From Octopus vulgaris (Eukaryota), in NCBI GenBank assembly GCA_951406725.2, contig OX597829.1, positions 46,872,001-46,936,000 on the forward strand: 64,000 bases of DNA. Reading direction: 5' to 3'. Below are positions 57,338 through 64,000 of this stretch, in pieces. The notes under the pieces were generated by a model. The model did no database searches, was not told where the DNA came from, and was given only the letters and a program-made list of their open reading frames with translations. The position numbers and the translations under genes are program-made. Within the stretch, counting starts at the first letter, position 1, and every line of letters starts with the position of its first letter.

Positions 57338-57907
57338 GCACAACAGCTTCCACGAGGACATGTGTTACATCAAAAATTCTTGGTTGGGGATGCAAATCCT
57401 CTCATTCGCGTACGACATAATGCGGCAACAGCATAGAATTGAAGCGTCCATCTCTTTCTTCTCTCAATGTAGAATGAGGAAATACATACATATATACATG
57501 CATATACACATATATATAAATACACATACAGACACATACCCACCCACCCACACACACATATGTAAATATACACGCACATATGCGTATAATATATATACAT
57601 TTATATAGTATTTTACTGGTTTCAGTCATTGTACTCTGGCGCTAGGGTGCCATCGTTAAATCGGTATATTGACAACAGTAATCATTTCAGACTGGTACGT
57701 GTTTCACCTGATTCTGTTTCTTCAATAGCATTCTTTACAGAACTAAATTAGACACAGAATAAACAACAACAACATTGGAATACAGAAACGCACAAACTTG
57801 CGCTCAGTACGAAGAATTCATGTTCGGTTTCCATGTTCCAAATTTCAATCACAACTCGACCGAATGTAGAAAGCTATTTGCCCAAGGTTTAAATGTGAAT
57901 AATATAT

Positions 57908-58138
57908 ATTTCTTTACTACACACAAGGGGGCTAAACACAGAGGGGACAAACAAGGACAGACAAAGGGATTAAGTCGATTACATCGACCCCAGTGCGTAA
58001 CTGGTACTTAATTTATCGACCCCGGAAGGATGAAAGGCAAAGTGGACCTCGACGGAATTTGAACTCGGAACGTAACGGCAGACGAAATACGGCAACGCGT
58101 TTCGCACGGCGTGCTAACGTTTCTGCCAGCTCGCCGCC
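57908..58138 (-). mobile_element. Family B SINE with 17-bp TSD
   Basis: TAAATGTGAATAATATA at 57890 and 58139. Confidence 0.93.
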
Positions 58139-58292
58139 TAAATGTGAATAATATAGGTGCGAAGCGAGGTTCTCTATTGCATGTTAGGTAGATATTGGTT
58201 GTTTGTTTCAGCTCATAGCTGCGGCCATGCTGATGCACTGCCGTTTTGTGCTACACTGTTATTAGTAAGAGCCTCCTCTAATGTAGCACTTG

Positions 58293-58338
<46 letters not shown>

Positions 58339-58414
58339 GAAATATGATTACAAAACTTACAGGGGAAATTTCAATCTAACAATTTCAAATCAAATTTCAC
58401 AATATATAATATAT

Positions 58415-58590
58415 GTATATATAATTTAGAGAAAAACCACTATTAAATAATTCAATAAAGAAAGATATGTTATTCACAACATACAGAAAACATATACTAT
58501 TAAAAAATCAATAAAGTACAATAAATAGTAAATAGTAGTTAAAAGACTAATCACGTTTCATGGCTATATTTTCAAATAGATAATAATAAC
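58415..58590 (-). mobile_element. PLE pLTR-like fragment related to the 2131 element, with half a hammerhead
   Basis: ATAATTTAGAGAAAAACCACTA resembles ATTAATTCGAGACAAAACCACTA (2139); reverse complement CAT-GAAA-CGTGAT-TA at ~58548-58561. Confidence 0.4.
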
Positions 58591-59146
58591 GTACAAGAAA
58601 GTATGTGTGCGTGTCTCTCTATGTAATTTGCTGGTTCAAATTTCCGTCAGATCGCATAAAAGAACCCAAAGAAAAACAAATATCATCAGATGTTCTCCTT
58701 TCTAGTTCACACAAATTTACAAAACACAATTATATAAAAAAAATAAAAGCATGGTTTTCTCACGTGTTAAGCATAGTGACACGCAGAAAGGCGCTTCGCG
58801 GCCACACTTCTCAGGTACATATCTGGAGTCTGAATGAGGATAGTATTATCAGTTATAAATCGATCGGTGTATCATAAAGCAAATATCCGCGTATATTATA
58901 ACTCTAGGATATATATTTGTACCTCAAAGAAGAACGAAATCTTATTGCAGACTTTTTTTTTAAAAAAGTAACAAAAGATTGAACTGGATAGAATTTTGAA
59001 GACACTTACATTGATCTTTATTGAAGAATTCATAACAGGCTAAAATATTGTATTTCCAATATAATAGATTGGGAATGGTTATATATTGAAAAAAATTCAA
59101 TTATTCTCAACACTAAAGTATCCTTAATAAAAGCTTTATTTCTTTA

Positions 59147-59544
59147 CTAGCAGTATCGCCCGGCGTTGCTCGGGTTTGTAAGGGAAATAACTATATAAGC
59201 ATTTTTAGAGATGTAAAGTATAATAGCCATCTCAATAAGGCTAACCACAAAGGGGGGTGTTACTGTAGCTTTTTACGTTCTGAGATTTAATAATACATTT
59301 TTAGAGAGTTACTTCCCTTATATAATAGCGAAAAAAATGCATTAAAAATGGGAAAAATTGATGGTAAATTTTTTTTAAATCGTAGACTCATCGTAGACGC
59401 GCGCTATTACCCAGAAGCGCTCGATATGAATCACGACTATAAGATACCCGGTTTTGGTTAAACTGCACCGCAAAATGTGGGAGTAGTTAGGAATCTAAAT
59501 CGTAGGAGACAGACAGCACACAACCTCACTTTTATATATAAAGA
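59147..59544 (-). mobile_element. Non-autonomous Helitron (second subfamily)
   Basis: Reverse complement starts A|TCTTTATATATAAAA and ends CCCGAGCAACGCCGGGCGATACTGCTAG|T; 3' ~60 bp shared with the 45201 element. Confidence 0.85.
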
Positions 59545-59940
59545 TTTCTTAAATGTGTTCTATAGATTTGATACAAAGGTATTAAACTATAATGTATGCT
59601 TGAATGTAAATGTATAACTTTTAATAACTTAATATATGGGTATATGGCGCATTTTTTAAAGATTTTCGTCAAATAATAAAATCCCGAAGACGAACTAAAC
59701 TTCGATATCTTTAAGAATATTTTTGCTTATATAGTTTCACGCTACTTCTCTATTTCAATCATTTGGATAATCGCCACTGATTTCGCAAAATTGGTTGAGC
59801 AGTCTGTTATTGAAGCTGCAGTTGAACAATTGCAAATAACATACTTATGAAACTTGTAGTACCGTACTAACAGCAATCAACATTTAATATACAGTACACA
59901 CACACACACATATATTTATATATATGTATATATATATATA

Positions 59941-60430
<490 letters not shown>

Positions 60431-60699
60431 ATCTTCGCTCTGCCCGAGGAATGGACTGTTCAAACATTTTAAACATTTTTCATTATACTCAATGCATTCA
60501 GATCTATAAAAATAAGAGAATTGCCACTATTATTGAAACGGTAGTTGGATAATTGCAATATATCATCTGCATGAAACCATCGGTAACGTAATAACATCAC
60601 TCAATATTTAAAAGAAACTTTCATTCACGAATACTGTGTTGGTTACTGGCTCGCTATATACGTGCATAAAAATATGCGTGTTTTTTTTTAAATATGTAC

Positions 60700-61500
60700 A
60701 TCATTATCATCATCTCCACTCTCATAATGGTTTGGCTGCGACTTGCCAATATGGGATAGGCATAACTGCCAGCAGAAACCGCAAGAGAAATACTGTACTG
60801 GGTTTACTGCTGGTGTACCATAGTTCTTCTTTCTTCTTATTTTGTCTTAAGGATTTCTGTGTGCATTCCCGATGTAGAATAGGAACTGGTGTATGGAATG
60901 GTGTTAAATCTCACAATTGGGCGCTATAGTGAACCACTGATGATATTCAATATGAGAAAAGCCAAGGGGTTTCTTCTGGGTGGTCTTGTACCTTTTCTTA
61001 GGAGATGCTCTGTTAGGGTGGTCAAATGAGGGTTTGTCATACAACGCAATCTTGGACAGTGATGATTCTCTAACCCAGAGCATTCCAATATCTAATTCAG
61101 CTGCGATTTGAACAGTATGAACTCAATGTAAGTGTCTTTCACTATTTCATTTACCTCAATACTCAAATTTACACCAGCGGACATTAAGGATGGTGCGGGC
61201 TGCATTGCGCAAGGCGTCCTAACAGTTGTCTTTGTTCATGATGATTTTTATGCGTATCTCCGTGCGTGTTGTAGCCGTAGAGGTGTCAATTCTTGGGCTG
61301 AGAATGCATAGTTTATACTCAAGGTTCTATTTCTACTGGGTGGTTGTTTTTGGTGGCGGTGAATTCCTGATTCGCACAACCAACAGAAGGCACCTGCTGT
61401 CAGTACAATTCTTAGCAATAAATTTGCCAACATCTCTCCAGACCTTTGAATCTGGTGTTGCATTTGCCAAGCATAATGACGGGGGAGTGGAAGCGGTTGC
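60700..61500 (-). mobile_element. RTE-BovB-like LINE relic, internally deleted (AP endonuclease part joined to C-terminus)
   Basis: Reverse complement gives DSKVWRDVG..NCTDSRCLLL..MHSQPKN*HL (APE-like), then RTILNVRW..KIALY..PKKRYK..QW..FSCGFCWQLCLSHIG (C-terminal zinc finger); (GAT)n tail. Confidence 0.7.
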
Positions 61501-62260
61501 AATGTATATATATAGATATGTGTGTGTATACGTGTGTACGTGCGTGTGTGTATGTGTGCGCGTATGGGGGGGATGTGAGTAACTAATATATATATTACAT
61601 AAATATACACATATGTGTATACAAAACATAAACAATATATATATATATGCATGTATAGGTAGGTAGATTGGTAGATGCACACGCAATCACTCGTACGTAC
61701 ACATACATTCTTGACCAGATCATAGAAGGAAAAAAAAAACACCTCGTTCTATTTACAATAGACAAGATAATATTTACCTACTCCAAACTACTTACTCTGC
61801 CGGATCCTCTTATTTGCTTCTTATAATAATAATATAATGGCTTCTCTTTCTCTGGTGTTGCTAATTATATACGATTCTCGCGTTTTCATTGCTTCACAGA
61901 ATAGTTTATTCTTTTACAAGGTTGTTCAGCCTGACCTTCTGTTCGTTGACGTCGACATAGAAGACGTTGTCGCAGTTGTTTTAAACCCCAGGTCACCCTT
62001 TCCCTCAGCAGACCTTATTTACTATTAATAGCGCGATTGCATTTGTTCATTGTGTCCATTGTTTAAGACTAAAAATGCCGCATGCGTGGTTTTACTTAGG
62101 AAGCTTCCACGTTAACATGTTCTTAATGTAGGTACTGTCGTTTAGCCTGAGGTTAACCTTGATCGAATATATATATATATATATATATATATAGATGAAA
62201 GGCATTTCAGCTATGACAATGCGATAAATTTAAGTGTATATATATATACATACATACATG

Positions 62261-62387
62261 CAAAAATTCTATAATTATGCTTATAATTATAGAATTTTTG
62301 TATAAGGTTACCGATAATGGTTCTTTTAACATACCGAACTACTTGGTAAAATTATTAATTATTAATTGATTAAATTTAATTTTACCC

Positions 62388-62390
<3 letters not shown>
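62261..62390 (+). mobile_element. PLE-like mini-end: 18-bp hairpin + ~90-nt tail ending TACCCT
   Basis: CAAAAATTCTATAATTAT-gctt-ATAATTATAGAATTTTTG; lies between TA/CATA and (TTA)n tracts. Confidence 0.45.
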
Positions 62391-62446
<56 letters not shown>

Positions 62447-62458
62447 CATTATTATTAT

Positions 62459-62841
62459 TCAGTAGTTTTATTTTTATATCGTGCTTTCACTTCACTACCG
62501 AGCGCAGCTCTGTGTGCCTTGGGTATGTGCTGTGATTTGTTGTGATGCTCTGATGATTATTGTATGGAAAGTGTTCTGCGTAGGATGTGTGCAGTGCCTA
62601 GTAGTGCAATTTTCTGTATGTTATATGTGTTTGTAAGTCCTGGTGTTTTTGTTATGTATTTGTCTGAATATTTTTTTATCATGCCTAATGCACCTATTAT
62701 GATAGGAATTGTTTCTGTTTTTAGATTCCACATTCTGGTTACCTCTATTTCCAGGTCTTTGTATTTTGAAAGTTTCTCCATTTCTTTTAGAGACACGTTG
62801 TCATCTGCCGGTATTGATACATCAATTAGAAAGCATTTTTT
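62459..62841 (-). mobile_element. R4/Dong-like RLE LINE 3' end inserted in (TAA)n
   Basis: Uninterrupted CFLIDVSIPADDNVSLKEMEKLSKYKDLEIEVTRMWNLKTETIPIIIGALG..IQKIALLGTAHILRRTLSIQ*; (ATT)n on both sides. Confidence 0.88.
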
Positions 62842-62845
62842 ATTA

Positions 62846-62976
<131 letters not shown>

Positions 62977-63329
62977 ATTATTATATATACACACACACAG
63001 AGGAAGTACATTATCTAATGCTTCGTTTCCTTATTTGATGGAGTTTTGTATGCTATTTCTAGCAGGGTGAATGTCGTTGTAAATGCTTCCAAGTTCAAAC
63101 TTAGGCAAAGACGGTGAGGAAATAAAGTTGCAGTAACCTGGAAGGGTGGGCAGGGTGACATATTTTTAGGTGAAGGTTTATGAAGTGAGCTAACAGCACG
63201 ACCGATCTTAAGGAGAAGAACAGGAAAATCGGGTGATAGGTAGCTTTATAGTTTAGACGACCAGTTAGAAGTGTTGTAGCAAGAATGACAGAAACGACTA
63301 TTGTGTATGTCGGTGGCTAGTTGAGCTCG

Positions 63330-63713
63330 AAATGTGTTTGTGTGTGTGTGCGTGCGTATTTGTTTGTGTTTGTGAGTGTTTGTATGTGTGTGTGTGCATG
63401 TGTTAGTGTGTGTGTGTGTGCATGTGTGTGCGTGCGTGTTTGTGTGTGTTTGTTTGTGAGTGTTTGTGTGTTTATGTGTGTGCGTGTGCGTGTGTGTGTG
63501 CGTGAGTGTGAGTGTGTGCGCGTGTTTGTGTTCGTGCGAGTGTGTTTGTGTGTATGTGAGTTTGTGTGCGTGTGTATGTTTGTGCGTGCATTTGTGTGCT
63601 TGTGTGTGTATGTGTGTGTGCGGGCGTGTGCATGTGTGTGTGTGTATTTGTGTGCGTGCGTGTGTGTTTGTGCATGCGTGTGTTTGTGTGTATTGTGTGT
63701 ATGTGCGTGTATT

Positions 63714-63757
<44 letters not shown>
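63330..63757. repeat. Degenerate (TG)n array
   Basis: Direct reading. Confidence 0.93.
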
Positions 63758-63758
<1 letters not shown>

Positions 63759-64000
63759 TTCATCCAATTAAGTTAGCAGTTCTCTAACGTTGAGAAAGTA
63801 CTTTTGTACATTGCATGCCGACAGCAAGTTTGCATGGCTGCCGGAACTGTCGCTCAAGAGAAAGCCTAGCTGTAAAGTTATTTTATTTATAAATAGATAT
63901 GTATGTAGTCTGCCGTTCAGAGTAGTGGTTGTGAAATTGTGGATGCGACTACGGTGGAAATTATCTCCATTTTTACCCCCTCCTCGTAACCGATTCCAAG

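Overview
AT-rich eukaryotic non-coding DNA, saturated with microsatellites and retroelement debris. The SINE families and repeat style fit an octopod cephalopod (Octopus-like); this is recognition from memory, not a database result. I find no credible host protein-coding exon, and nearly all ORFs in the track are microsatellite or SINE artefacts. Supported content: about 30 tRNA-derived SINE copies in 4-5 families; a Tx1/L1-clade LINE (RT plus C-terminal CCHC) in three copies, all in (TATC)n; R4/Dong-like restriction-endonuclease LINE ends in (TAA)n and (TACA)n; two RTE-clade LINE relics; a Tc1/mariner relic; and two non-autonomous Helitrons. The most interesting layer is invisible in the ORF track: a set of Penelope-like element (PLE) relics, mostly at (TA)n tracts. 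These comprise a decayed RT-thumb/GIY-YIG ORF, several hairpin-plus-tail ends, and about nine type I hammerhead ribozyme motifs. Four loci have complete catalytic cores (2197, 4669 with its mirror copy, 41451, 57260), and three of these have palindromic stem III. Several unrelated tails share a possible CCAYTGGT...TACCCT signature. Family labels A-G are mine.
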